Source: Alphaproteobacteria bacterium (GTDB lineage Bacteria; Pseudomonadota; Alphaproteobacteria; SP197). Taken from it: a DNA stretch of 64,000 nucleotides. Every line of letters begins with the position of its first letter. The first letter of the stretch is position 1. Of this stretch, positions 1-8,566 are shown piece after piece. Made by a program: the position numbers and the translations under genes. The stretch lies in assembly GCA_965221115.1 (NCBI GenBank), contig CBDCRU010000002.1, forward strand, positions 452,045 to 516,044, written 5' to 3'. The notes under the pieces are model-generated. The model was not told where the DNA came from. It did no database searches and saw only the letters and a program-made list of their open reading frames with translations.

Positions 1-372
1 GGCGATCTGGTCGCATTCGATGTTCCGGAACACCGGTTTGCCGACACCCTGGCGGCGACGCTGCCCCTCGAACCGGATCTGGTGTGCGTGATGCACAGCG
101 ATGTCGACGTGACGGGCGATGCCATCGATGTCGTGAAGGAGCACTGGAACGGGCCGCTCGGCGTCTATCCCGAAGCGGGCTATTTCGAAAAGCCGCACTG
201 GCATTTCGTCGACGTGATCGCGCCTGATGCCCTTGTCGCCCGGGCCCAAAACTGGGCAAGCCAGGGCGTGACCCTCTTCGGAGGGTGCTGTGGCCTTGGA
301 CCTGAGCACATCAGCGCTCTGGATGCCGCCCGCGAGAGTCTCGAGGCAAGCCGCTCCCGTCACCTCGACTGA
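1..372 (+). CDS. homocysteine S-methyltransferase family protein, C-terminal part (5' end lies outside the window)
   Basis: The reading frame is open from base 1. The translation ...VMHSDVDVTGDAIDVVKEHWNGPLGVYPEAGYF...GGCCGLGPEHI is about 90% identical to the C-terminus of the complete gene at 867..1805. It has the Zn-binding GGCCG motif. Confidence 0.65.
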   Translation, partial: GDLVAFDVPEHRFADTLAATLPLEPDLVCVMHSDVDVTGDAIDVVKEHWNGPLGVYPEAGYFEKPHWHFVDVIAPDALVARAQNWASQGVTLFGGCCGLGPEHISALDAARESLEASRSRHLD

Positions 373-866
373 TCAGGAAGATCACGTGTCTGGAGGAACC
401 GGACCCCGATAGCGCCACGGCCCGTGACAAGTTCGTGGTCGACGATCAGGAGCAGTGCACGAAAGGCGGCACCTTCCGCTCCCTGGTTCGCGACGGTGTG
501 CTCGCCCGCAAGAGATGTCCACGCCGAGATCGGCGAGGTCTGTTGCGGCAGGAAGCCCGGGGCGCAGGAACGAGAGCGAGGGGATCACCTTCTGGCATCG
601 CGGCTTTGTCCTCAGCGACATCGTCCTCGGGCACCGCATTCACTCGCGGGCCCTGAAGGAGGGGCGGGGCCAGCGTCTCCCCCTGTAGGACGGCCCCGAC
701 GAGTGACGCTGGAGCGAGGGATGTGCAGGTGGTGAGCGTGATCCCTGGGACCGCGCCTCTCGAATGCGGTGATGCTCGCCGGCGGAACCTTTGAGCGGCG
801 GTCGCGAACCCTCGCGGAGGGCGCTTGGCGTGATAGTCTGCCGAACGGCAGGCACGAAAGCGCATC

Positions 867-1805
867 ATGACCGGGCTGAACGACAGGATTGCTGCGGGCG
901 ACATCATCGTCATCGACGGGGGGATGGGGACCGAGCTCGAGCGTCATGGTGTGCCCATGCACGCCCAGACGTGGGCGGGCGCGGCGTTGATCGAGTACCC
1001 CGACGCCGTGGTCGATGTGCATGCAGACTTCATCCGCGCAGGCGCGGAGGTCATCATCACCAACACGTTCGGCGCCTCACCCCACATGCTCCAGGCGATG
1101 GGCCATGGCGATGAGGCCGAGACGATCATCCGCGGTTCGGTCGATCTCGCCAGGCGTGCGCGCGACCGGGTCGGCCGCGATGTCGCCATCGCGGGATCGA
1201 TCTCGACCATGGCGGCCGGCGGAGATCTCGCGGATCCCGGCAACCGTCATTCCGATGACGAGATTGCCGACAGCCTGGGCCGCATGGCGCGAGCGCTTGC
1301 CGACGGCGGCTGCGACGTGATTGCTCTCGAGATGATGCAGGACACGGTTCGGGCACCCGTTGCCTTGCGCTGCGCTCAGGAAACGGGCCTGCCGGTCTGG
1401 CTTGGTCTGACGTGCGCACGGGAGAAGGACAGCGGCGATCTGGTCGCGTTCGACTTTCCCGACAACCGCTTTGCCGACATCCTGGCGGCGACGGTGCCGC
1501 TCGAACCGGACCTGGTATGCGTGATGCACAGCGATGTCGACGTGACGGGCGACGCCATCGATGCCGTAAAGGAGCACTGGAACGGGCCGCTCGGCGTCTA
1601 TCCCGAAGCGGGCTACTTCGAAATGCCGCACTGGCACTTCGTCGACGTGATTGCGCCCGATGCCCTTGTCGAGCGGGCCCGGACCTGGGCGAGCCAAGGC
1701 GCGACTGTTTTCGGAGGTTGCTGCGGTCTTGGCCCTGAGCACATTGCCGCCCTTGACGGCGCGCGGGAGAGTCTTGATGCAAGCCACGTCCGTCACCGGG
1801 GCTGA
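867..1805 (+). CDS. mmuM: homocysteine S-methyltransferase (MmuM/BHMT-like)
   Basis: 312-aa ORF. The N-terminus IIVIDGGMGTELERHG and the C-terminal GGCCGLGPEHI are the Hcy-binding family hallmarks. Confidence 0.7.
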   Translation: MTGLNDRIAAGDIIVIDGGMGTELERHGVPMHAQTWAGAALIEYPDAVVDVHADFIRAGAEVIITNTFGASPHMLQAMGHGDEAETIIRGSVDLARRARDRVGRDVAIAGSISTMAAGGDLADPGNRHSDDEIADSLGRMARALADGGCDVIALEMMQDTVRAPVALRCAQETGLPVWLGLTCAREKDSGDLVAFDFPDNRFADILAATVPLEPDLVCVMHSDVDVTGDAIDAVKEHWNGPLGVYPEAGYFEMPHWHFVDVIAPDALVERARTWASQGATVFGGCCGLGPEHIAALDGARESLDASHVRHRG

Positions 1806-1845
1806 CAGGAATATCACGTGTCTGGTGAACCGGATGTGGCCCGGG
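1434..1845 (+). repeat. second copy of a tandem duplication (about 90% nucleotide identity to 1..~415, including the 3' flank with ATCACGTGTCTGG)
   Basis: By-eye alignment of 1..415 against 1434..1845. Confidence 0.6.
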
Positions 1846-1900
1846 ACGCGGGTGACTTGGGTAGTGCCTCTGTTTCAAGTTAGCCTACCACCGACCTCCG

Positions 1901-2197
1901 ATGAGACCTGTGCTTCCCGCTAAGCATCGGAGGGTATCGGTGAACAGCGAAACGATGACGACGATCGAAGAGCTCGCCATAAGCGTTGGTGCGATTGTGG
2001 AGTGCCCAGTCTGCCATGAAAGCAACTTTCATGCTGGCGACGATTATGCAGAACGTATGACTTACGCTCGTGCCACCCAGGCTTTGAAGGATGAGGATCG
2101 AGGGCTCAGGGGCTTGCAGCGTGAGAAAGTGACTGGCTTCGTAAAGTCAGTGCTTGATCACGCGTCGTTCAAGTGCCCTAGGTGTGAGATCCACTGA
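1901..2197 (+). CDS. small zinc-ribbon protein (CPVC...CPRC); the likely start is the internal Met near 1955
   Basis: 98-aa ORF with two CxxC pairs. Local GC is lower than the flanks. Its stop overlaps the next ATG (TGATG). Confidence 0.4.
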   Translation: MRPVLPAKHRRVSVNSETMTTIEELAISVGAIVECPVCHESNFHAGDDYAERMTYARATQALKDEDRGLRGLQREKVTGFVKSVLDHASFKCPRCEIH

Positions 2198-2373
2198 TGC
2201 CCACTGGACCCAAGGGTCAGAAGCGCCCGCGCGACGTGATCGGCAACGCCGTCAAGGTCATGCGGATCGCGACCGGCGAGGAAGATGAAGAGTTCGAGGA
2301 TGATGGCAAGGACCCTGCCGCGAAGGCGCTGGGAGCGAGGGGTGGCAAGGCGTGCACGCCAAGAAACTGACCT
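2197..2373 (+). pseudogene. small Lys/Arg-rich protein, apparently frameshifted. The tail ...AKKLTLEQRSEIARKAVVRRWKRS continues in the +2 frame up to about 2436.
   Basis: Frame A ends ...GARGGKACTPRN*. The +2 frame immediately continues with a conserved-looking basic tail. Confidence 0.3.
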
Positions 2374-2477
2374 TAGAACAGCGCTCAGAGATCGCGCGAA
2401 AGGCCGTTGTCAGGCGCTGGAAAAGGAGCTGATTCCCAAGAATTGGTCGATGTGCTATGTCACGTTGACTTTGGGCG

Positions 2478-2566
2478 TGGCGGGGGCGGTGGGATTCGAA
2501 CCCACGAGACCTCGACAGTCCGGCGGTTTTAAAGACCGCTGCATTCGACCGCTCTGCCACGCCCCC
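2478..2566 (-). tRNA. Type II (long variable arm) Ser-like tRNA with anticodon 5'-UUA-3' (ochre-suppressor-like). CCA is encoded and the discriminator is G.
   Basis: Manual fold of the minus-strand sequence. 7-bp acceptor stem GGGGGCG/CGCCCCC. 3-bp D-stem with D-loop GAGCGGUCGAA. Anticodon stem GCGGU/ACCGC with loop CUUUAAA (U33, A37). 17-nt variable arm. T-arm GUGGG-UUCGAAU-CCCAC. Confidence 0.75.
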
Positions 2567-2658
2567 TTTTTCGCGCACGCTAGGCCGAGAAACAGAATCA
2601 GTCAAGCAAGTCGCGGTCTTGACTCCGTTACTCCTGTGGGTATGATCGTCTCACGACT

Positions 2659-3645
2659 GTGGAGACTATCATGACTGCATCTTCAAAGAAAACCCTTCGA
2701 AGCCCCTCGTATCCGAGCATGTCGTTGGAAGATGCAATAGGCGCTGTCAAGAAGATCGAGACGGTGTATCGGACGTCGCGCGTCGACAGGGGCGAGGCCG
2801 CCAAGCTGCTCAACTACAGCAGCTTGAGTGGCCCGGCGGCTAAAGCTCTGGCCGCCTTGGCCTCGTACGGCCTTGTTGAGCGAGCGGGAAAGGGGGAGGT
2901 TCGCGTAACCGAGAGGGCGAAAGCGATCCTTTATGCTGAATCTGACAAAGAACGCCGTGATGTCTTGAGGGATGCGGCACTAGAGCCTCCACTTTTTCGT
3001 GAGCTCAGGGACCGCTTTGAGGCAGCCATCGCGGCTGGCGTGCCCCTTCCGGAGAGTGGGGTCATCAGGCATTTGGAGCGGGAGAATTTCAACCCTAGTG
3101 CGGTGCGACCGGCGGCGCGGGCCTTTCTCAAGACCATAGAATTCCTAGCATCCGTGGGAGCAAGCGAGAGTAATGGCAATGAGCCATCGGACGATGTTGT
3201 ATCCCCGTCAACGGACACTGAGACGGCGACCGTGACCTACGGAGGCGCGCAAGTTGGCGACTATGTTCAGTGGGAATCCGGAGGCGACCTTCGCCTTCCT
3301 GAGCCCATGCGCGTCCGAGCCATACATGACGATGGCGAGTGGGTCTTCATTGACGGCCACAGAGCGGGGATTCCGATGAGCGAGGTGATTGTTCAAGAAC
3401 GCGAACCAGATACCTCTCCTCCAATACTGCCTCTAGAAGTGGGCACTGGCGACGCACCTATCAGCCAATCTGGTGAGCGCGAACAACTTGAGTACAAGCT
3501 GAGTGACACGACGCGCGTTCGGATCTCTGTGACAGGTGAGATTGGAACAAGAGAGCTGGGGCGATTGATTCGCTTGCTCCAAACCCAGAGGGACATTCTG
3601 AAGGACGAGGAGGAAGAGGAAGAAATACATGAACATTATACTTGA
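2659..3645 (+). CDS. hypothetical protein (328 aa, acidic Glu-rich C-terminus)
   Basis: Long ORF in a lower-GC islet. I recognise no motif. Confidence 0.5.
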   Translation: METIMTASSKKTLRSPSYPSMSLEDAIGAVKKIETVYRTSRVDRGEAAKLLNYSSLSGPAAKALAALASYGLVERAGKGEVRVTERAKAILYAESDKERRDVLRDAALEPPLFRELRDRFEAAIAAGVPLPESGVIRHLERENFNPSAVRPAARAFLKTIEFLASVGASESNGNEPSDDVVSPSTDTETATVTYGGAQVGDYVQWESGGDLRLPEPMRVRAIHDDGEWVFIDGHRAGIPMSEVIVQEREPDTSPPILPLEVGTGDAPISQSGEREQLEYKLSDTTRVRISVTGEIGTRELGRLIRLLQTQRDILKDEEEEEEIHEHYT

Positions 3646-3739
3646 CGTTAAGCATTAAGGTTCATTTATTTGGGGCATTAACAAACTGCCCCTAAAGACC
3701 CGCGCCCTGATCCTGAACATACTCTGCTAAGGCCAGTCC

Positions 3740-4549
3740 ATGCGGGCGACCGCACGGCTGGCCGATGTGAGTTTCAACACCGTTGCCAAACTGCTGATCG
3801 ATGCGGGGAAGGTCTGCGCCGATCTGCACGACGAACTGGTGCAGGGAGTCACGGCCAGCTGCATCCAGTGCGACGAAATCTGGTCGTTCACCTGCGCCAA
3901 ACAGAAGAACGTACCGAACGCCAAGACCGTTCCTGCGGAGGCGGGTGACACTTGGATCTGAACCGCTCTGGACAGCGACAGCAAGCCGAACGTGTCATGG
4001 CTGATAGGTGGTCGCGACGGCGAATATGCGATTGCCTTCATGAACGATCTGTGGTCCCGGCTGGTAAACCGCGTCCAACTCACCACGGACGGCCACAAGC
4101 CGTACCTGGAAGCCCTGGAAGGGGCATTCGGCGGGGGTGTGGACTGCGCTCAGCTCATCACGCTGTACGACGAGGCGCCAGACGCTGAGAAGCGAAACAG
4201 CCCACCGACCCGCATCGAAACTCGCAAGTGCCGTATCGAAGGGAAGCCGGATCGCCAGCACGTCTCAACTTGCCATGTTGAACGCCGCAATCTGAGTATG
4301 TGGATGCACATGCGGCGCTTCACCCGGCTGAACAATGCGTTCTCCAAGAAATTTGAGATTCACATGGTTGCGCTCTACACCCTCTGGTACAACTTCATCC
4401 GCATTCACGAGACGCTTCGCGTTACCCCGGCCATGGAAGCTGGGCTCACAGACACTTTGTGGGACATGGACGACTTGGTGCGGATCATGGATCAGCGTGC
4501 CCCCAAGCCCGGTCCGCGCGGCCCCTACAAAAGGCGCAATTCAAACTGA
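3740..4549 (+). pseudogene. DDE transposase of an IS element, N-terminally truncated and interrupted by an in-frame TGA
   Basis: ORFs 3740..3961 and 3992..4549 share one frame, separated by a TGA at 3959..3961 (DTWI*TALDSDSK, where related transposases have Trp). Motifs CDEIWSF, LTTDGHKPY and ERRNLSMWMHMRRFTRLNNAFSKK. There is no in-frame start upstream of the HTH segment. Confidence 0.6.
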
Positions 4550-4623
4550 CCCGCTACCGGGCCTTGACATCGGCGGCATCGCAAACCATACAGTACCATA
4601 CTGGTCCTGATTGGTAGGTCTTC

Positions 4624-5064
4624 ATGATCCGATTGTCCCGCATGACCGACTACGGTGTCGTCGTCATGACCTACATGGCGTGGCAGGGAAGCGAAACGCG
4701 CTCCGCGCACCAGGTGGCCACGGCCACCGGTCTGCCGGAAGCCACGGCCGGCAAGCTCCTCAAGCTCTTCGCCCGCGCCGGCCTCCTGAAGAGCCGGCGT
4801 GGCGCCCATGGCGGATACGCCCTGACCTCGAGCCCGGAAGAGATTTCGCTTGCCCGTGTCGTCGAGGCTGTCGAGGGTCCGATCGCCCTTACCCTGTGCG
4901 TCGATGACCACCCGGGTCACTGCGACGTCGAATCGCTCTGCCCCATGCGCGGGGGCTGGAACCAGATCAACACCGCCCTGCGCGACGCCTTCGAGGGCGT
5001 CTCCCTTGCCGCGATGACCGCACCCGTCATCCCCCTTGCGGGGCTTCAGCAGATGGAGGCCTGA
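4624..5064 (+). CDS. Rrf2-family transcriptional regulator (IscR/RirA-like) upstream of the suf operon
   Basis: N-terminal wHTH. Cys cluster CVDDHPGHCDVESLCP typical of Fe-S-sensing Rrf2 proteins. Sits immediately 5' of sufB. Confidence 0.8.
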   Translation: MIRLSRMTDYGVVVMTYMAWQGSETRSAHQVATATGLPEATAGKLLKLFARAGLLKSRRGAHGGYALTSSPEEISLARVVEAVEGPIALTLCVDDHPGHCDVESLCPMRGGWNQINTALRDAFEGVSLAAMTAPVIPLAGLQQMEA

Positions 5065-5067
5065 CCG

Positions 5068-6528
5068 ATGGCCATCGTCCAGGAAACCATCGATACCGTC
5101 CACGAGGCCACCGGCGCCTACAAGCACGGCTTTGTCACCGAGATCGAGACCGAACGGGCGCCCGAGGGGCTCTCGGAGGACACCATCCGCTTCATCTCGG
5201 CCAAGAAGGAGGAGCCCGACTGGCTTCTCGCGTGGCGCCTCGAGGCCTTCCGCCACTGGCTCACCATGAAGGAGCCGGTGTGGGCGAAGGTCGGCTATGC
5301 GCCGATCGACTACCAGGCGAGTTCCTACTACGCGGCGCCGAAGTCGGCCTCCGACGGGCCGCAGAGTCTCGACGAGGTCGATCCCGAACTCCTCGAGACC
5401 TATGCCAAGCTCGGTATCCCGCTCAAGGAACAGGAGGTCCTATCTGGGGTGCGCAACGTTGCCGTCGACGCCGTCTTCGACAGCGTCTCGGTGGCGACGA
5501 CCTTCCGCGAGCGCCTGGAGAAGGACGGCATCCTCTTCTGCTCGATCTCGGATGCCGTGAAGGAACACCCGGACCTCGTCCGCAAGTACCTGGGTTCCGT
5601 GGTGCCCGTCACCGACAACTTCTTTGCCACGCTCAATTCGGCGGTCTTCACCGACGGGTCGTTCTGCTACATCCCGCCCGGCACGCGCTGCCCGATGGAG
5701 CTTTCCACCTATTTCCGCATCAACGCCTCCCAGACGGGCCAGTTCGAGCGCACCCTGGTGATCGCCGACAAGGGGAGCTACGTCAGCTACCTGGAAGGCT
5801 GTACCGCGCCGCAGAGAGACGAGAACCAGCTGCACGCCGCCGTGGTCGAACTGGTGGCGCTTGACGATGCCGAGATCAAGTACTCGACCGTCCAGAACTG
5901 GTACCCCGGCGACGCGGAGGGCCAGGGCGGCATCTATAACTTCGTCACCAAGCGGGGGCTGTGCGAGAAGCGCGCCAGGATCTCGTGGACCCAGGTGGAA
6001 ACCGGATCCGCCATCACCTGGAAGTACCCCAGCTGCGTCCTCAAGGGTGACGACAGCGTCGGCGAGTTCTACTCCGTCGCCATCACCAACAATCGCCAGC
6101 AGGCCGATACCGGAACCAAGATGCTCCATGTCGGCAAGAACACCAGGAGCAGGGTCATCGCCAAGGGCGTCTCCGCCGGCCATTCGCAGAGCACCTACCG
6201 CGGCCGCATCCGCGTCAACCCCATGGCCCATGGCGCCCGGAACTACACCCAGTGCGATTCGCTGCTGATCGGCGACGAGTGCGCCGCCCACACCGTTCCC
6301 TATATCGAGGCGCGCAACCAGAGCGCCCAGGTCGAGCACGAGGCCACCACATCGAAGGTGTCGGAGGACCAGATCTTCTACTGCCGCCAGCGCGGCATCC
6401 CGGAAGAGGAAGCCCTCACCCTGATCATCAACGGCTTCTGCCGCGAGGTGCTCCAGGAACTGCCGATGGAGTTCGCCGTGGAAGCCCAGAAGCTCGTCGG
6501 CATCAGCCTCGAAGGCAGCGTGGGATGA
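5068..6528 (+). CDS. sufB: Fe-S cluster assembly protein SufB
   Basis: 486 aa. Strongly conserved SufB sequence. Its stop overlaps the sufC start (ATGA). Confidence 0.95.
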   Translation: MAIVQETIDTVHEATGAYKHGFVTEIETERAPEGLSEDTIRFISAKKEEPDWLLAWRLEAFRHWLTMKEPVWAKVGYAPIDYQASSYYAAPKSASDGPQSLDEVDPELLETYAKLGIPLKEQEVLSGVRNVAVDAVFDSVSVATTFRERLEKDGILFCSISDAVKEHPDLVRKYLGSVVPVTDNFFATLNSAVFTDGSFCYIPPGTRCPMELSTYFRINASQTGQFERTLVIADKGSYVSYLEGCTAPQRDENQLHAAVVELVALDDAEIKYSTVQNWYPGDAEGQGGIYNFVTKRGLCEKRARISWTQVETGSAITWKYPSCVLKGDDSVGEFYSVAITNNRQQADTGTKMLHVGKNTRSRVIAKGVSAGHSQSTYRGRIRVNPMAHGARNYTQCDSLLIGDECAAHTVPYIEARNQSAQVEHEATTSKVSEDQIFYCRQRGIPEEEALTLIINGFCREVLQELPMEFAVEAQKLVGISLEGSVG

Positions 6529-7301
6529 CGATGGAGAAGAACGCCGCCATGACCCTGCTTTCCATCAAGGACCTCCGCGTTGCCGTGGACGGAAAGGAGA
6601 TCCTCAAGGGAATCAACCTCTCCGTCGACTCAGGCGAGGTCCATGCCATCATGGGCCCCAACGGGTCGGGCAAGTCGACGCTTTCCCACGTCCTCGCCGG
6701 CCGTGACGGCTACGAGGTGACCGAAGGCCAGGTTCTCTACAAGGGAGAGGATCTCCTGGAGATGGAGCCCGAGGAGAGGGCCCAGTCGGGGCTCTTCCTC
6801 GCCTTCCAGTATCCCGTGGAGATTCCGGGCGTGCCCACCGTCAGCTTTCTCAAGCACGCCATGAACTCCGTGCGCAAGGCAAAGGGAGAGAGCCCGCTCG
6901 ATGCCTTCGAGTTCAAGAAGATCATGGACGCCCGGCTGGAGGATCTCAGGATCGACAACTCCATGGTGCGCCGGCCGCTCAACGCCGGGTTCTCCGGCGG
7001 CGAGAAGAAGCGCATGGAGATTCTCCAGATGGCGTTGCTGGAACCTGAGCTCACCATCCTCGATGAGACCGATTCCGGTCTCGACATCGATGCCCTCAAG
7101 GTGGTGGCCGACGGCGTCAACGCCATGCGCTCGCCGGATCGCGCCACGCTGGTCATCACCCACTACCAGCGCCTGTTGAACCACATCATCCCTGATCGCG
7201 TGCACGTCCTTGCCGGAGGCCGGATCGTCAGGAGCGGAGATCCGTCGCTCGCCCTCAAGCTCGAGGAGAGCGGATACGGCGACCTGGTGACGGCGGCCTG
7301 A
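6525..7301 (+). CDS. sufC: Fe-S cluster assembly ATPase SufC
   Basis: Walker [10 protein letters not shown], signature FSGGEKKR, Walker [11 protein letters not shown]. The real start MTMEKN overlaps the sufB stop. ORF-track 6252..7301 is an upstream extension in the same frame. Confidence 0.93.
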   Translation: MTMEKNAAMTLLSIKDLRVAVDGKEILKGINLSVDSGEVHAIMGPNGSGKSTLSHVLAGRDGYEVTEGQVLYKGEDLLEMEPEERAQSGLFLAFQYPVEIPGVPTVSFLKHAMNSVRKAKGESPLDAFEFKKIMDARLEDLRIDNSMVRRPLNAGFSGGEKKRMEILQMALLEPELTILDETDSGLDIDALKVVADGVNAMRSPDRATLVITHYQRLLNHIIPDRVHVLAGGRIVRSGDPSLALKLEESGYGDLVTAA

Positions 7302-7303
7302 CC

Positions 7304-8566
7304 ATGACCGGCGAACCGACAGGCCTGCTCCATGCCGGGGATGCCGCGAGCCTTCCCGGCGCCGGCAACACGTGGATCGATTCCCTGCGCCAGGCCGGCG
7401 CCCGGAGATTCACCGGCCTGGGCCTGCCCACGCGCAAGGTCGAGGACTGGAAGTACACCGACCTCAGGGCGCTTTCCGGTTCGGCCTGGGACCATCCCGC
7501 GACGCCGGCTGATCCGGTGGAGACCGGGGAGGACGCGTCGGCGGTTCTCGTCAACGGCTGCTGGACGAGAGGCAACCGAGCGTTGCCTGACGGTGTCGAA
7601 CTGGTCTCCCTTGCCCGAGCCATCGAGAACGAGGATGACGTTGTCAGAACCCATCTCGGCAGTGTCGCCAGTCTCGCGCGCAAGCACTTCGTCGCTCTCA
7701 ACACCGCCTGGCTCGCCGACGGACTGGTCCTGAAGGTCGCCGATGGCGTCGCAATCGACGAACCGCTTCAGATCACCCTTGCCGGGGATCCCGGCGCCCA
7801 GCGCCTGGCATGGCATCCGCGCAACCTCATCGTGCTGGGTCGCGAGGCATCGCTTACCCTCGTCGTCCGTCACGTCGGCACCGGCGACTACCTTGCCAAC
7901 CTGGTCGAGGAAGTCGTGCTCGACCGCGGATCCCGGTTGCGTCACTACCGGGTGCAGGACGACTCGCCCGACGCTGTCAATGTCTCGACCACGGAAGTGA
8001 AGGTCGCCGGCGATGCCACATACGAGAGCTTCGTGCTGGCGACGGGAGCCGGAGTGGGGCGCAACCAGATCGCCGTCGAACTCGCTGAACCCGGCGCTTC
8101 GGTCCGCCTGGACGGAGCCTGCCTGGGCCGCCATCGCCAGCAGCTCGACACCACCACCGTCATCGACCATGCGGCGCCGCACTGCGCCAGCCGCGAGGCC
8201 TACCGCTACATCCTCGACGACAGTGCAAAGGGAATCTTCCAGGGGCGGGTCACCGTGCGCAAGCATGCAGGCGGCACCGACAGCCACCAGTCCAGCAAGA
8301 CCCTGCTCTTGTCCGGCAGGGCCGGGGTCGACGCCAAGCCGGAACTGGAAATCTATGCCGACGATGTCCGTTGCGGTCACGGAGCAACGGTCGGCGAAAT
8401 CGATCAGGACGCTCTCTTCTACCTGCGCAGCCGGGGCATCCCCGTCGACGAGGCGCGCGATCTCCTCATCGGCGCCTTCATCGAGGATGCCCTGGAGACC
8501 ATCGCATCACCGGTGGCGCAGGAGCTCTTGCGTGATCACGCCATGGCCTGGAGGACGCGGGCATGA
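7304..8566 (+). CDS. sufD: Fe-S cluster assembly protein SufD
   Basis: 420 aa. Position between sufC and sufS. SufB/D family C-terminal region. Confidence 0.88.
   Translation: MTGEPTGLLHAGDAASLPGAGNTWIDSLRQAGARRFTGLGLPTRKVEDWKYTDLRALSGSAWDHPATPADPVETGEDASAVLVNGCWTRGNRALPDGVELVSLARAIENEDDVVRTHLGSVASLARKHFVALNTAWLADGLVLKVADGVAIDEPLQITLAGDPGAQRLAWHPRNLIVLGREASLTLVVRHVGTGDYLANLVEEVVLDRGSRLRHYRVQDDSPDAVNVSTTEVKVAGDATYESFVLATGAGVGRNQIAVELAEPGASVRLDGACLGRHRQQLDTTTVIDHAAPHCASREAYRYILDDSAKGIFQGRVTVRKHAGGTDSHQSSKTLLLSGRAGVDAKPELEIYADDVRCGHGATVGEIDQDALFYLRSRGIPVDEARDLLIGAFIEDALETIASPVAQELLRDHAMAWRTRA

Noticed and set aside
1077-1878. Long minus-strand ORFs (246 and 250 aa) antisense to the methyltransferase gene
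   Set aside because: Arg/Pro/Gly-rich, low-complexity translations. They are typical antisense artefacts of about 65% GC coding DNA. The sense strand has a clear family match.
2285-2674. 129-aa plus-strand ORF and 115-aa minus-strand ORF covering 2258..2674
   Set aside because: They overlap the tRNA gene and its flanks. No coding signal. The tRNA fold is far better supported.
3683-4554. 20-bp motif GGGGCATTAACAAACTGCCC (3683) resembling GGCGCAATTCAAACTGACCC (4535) flanking the IS remnant
   Set aside because: The two copies are in direct, not inverted, orientation and only about 75% similar. They are unlikely to be IS terminal inverted repeats. The left copy is itself a small palindrome, so it may just be a hairpin.
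6252-7301. 349-aa version of sufC starting at 6252 and 427-aa ORF 8982..10265
   Set aside because: These are upstream in-frame extensions through the preceding genes (sufB and sufS respectively). The conserved proteins start at the ATGs overlapping the upstream stops.
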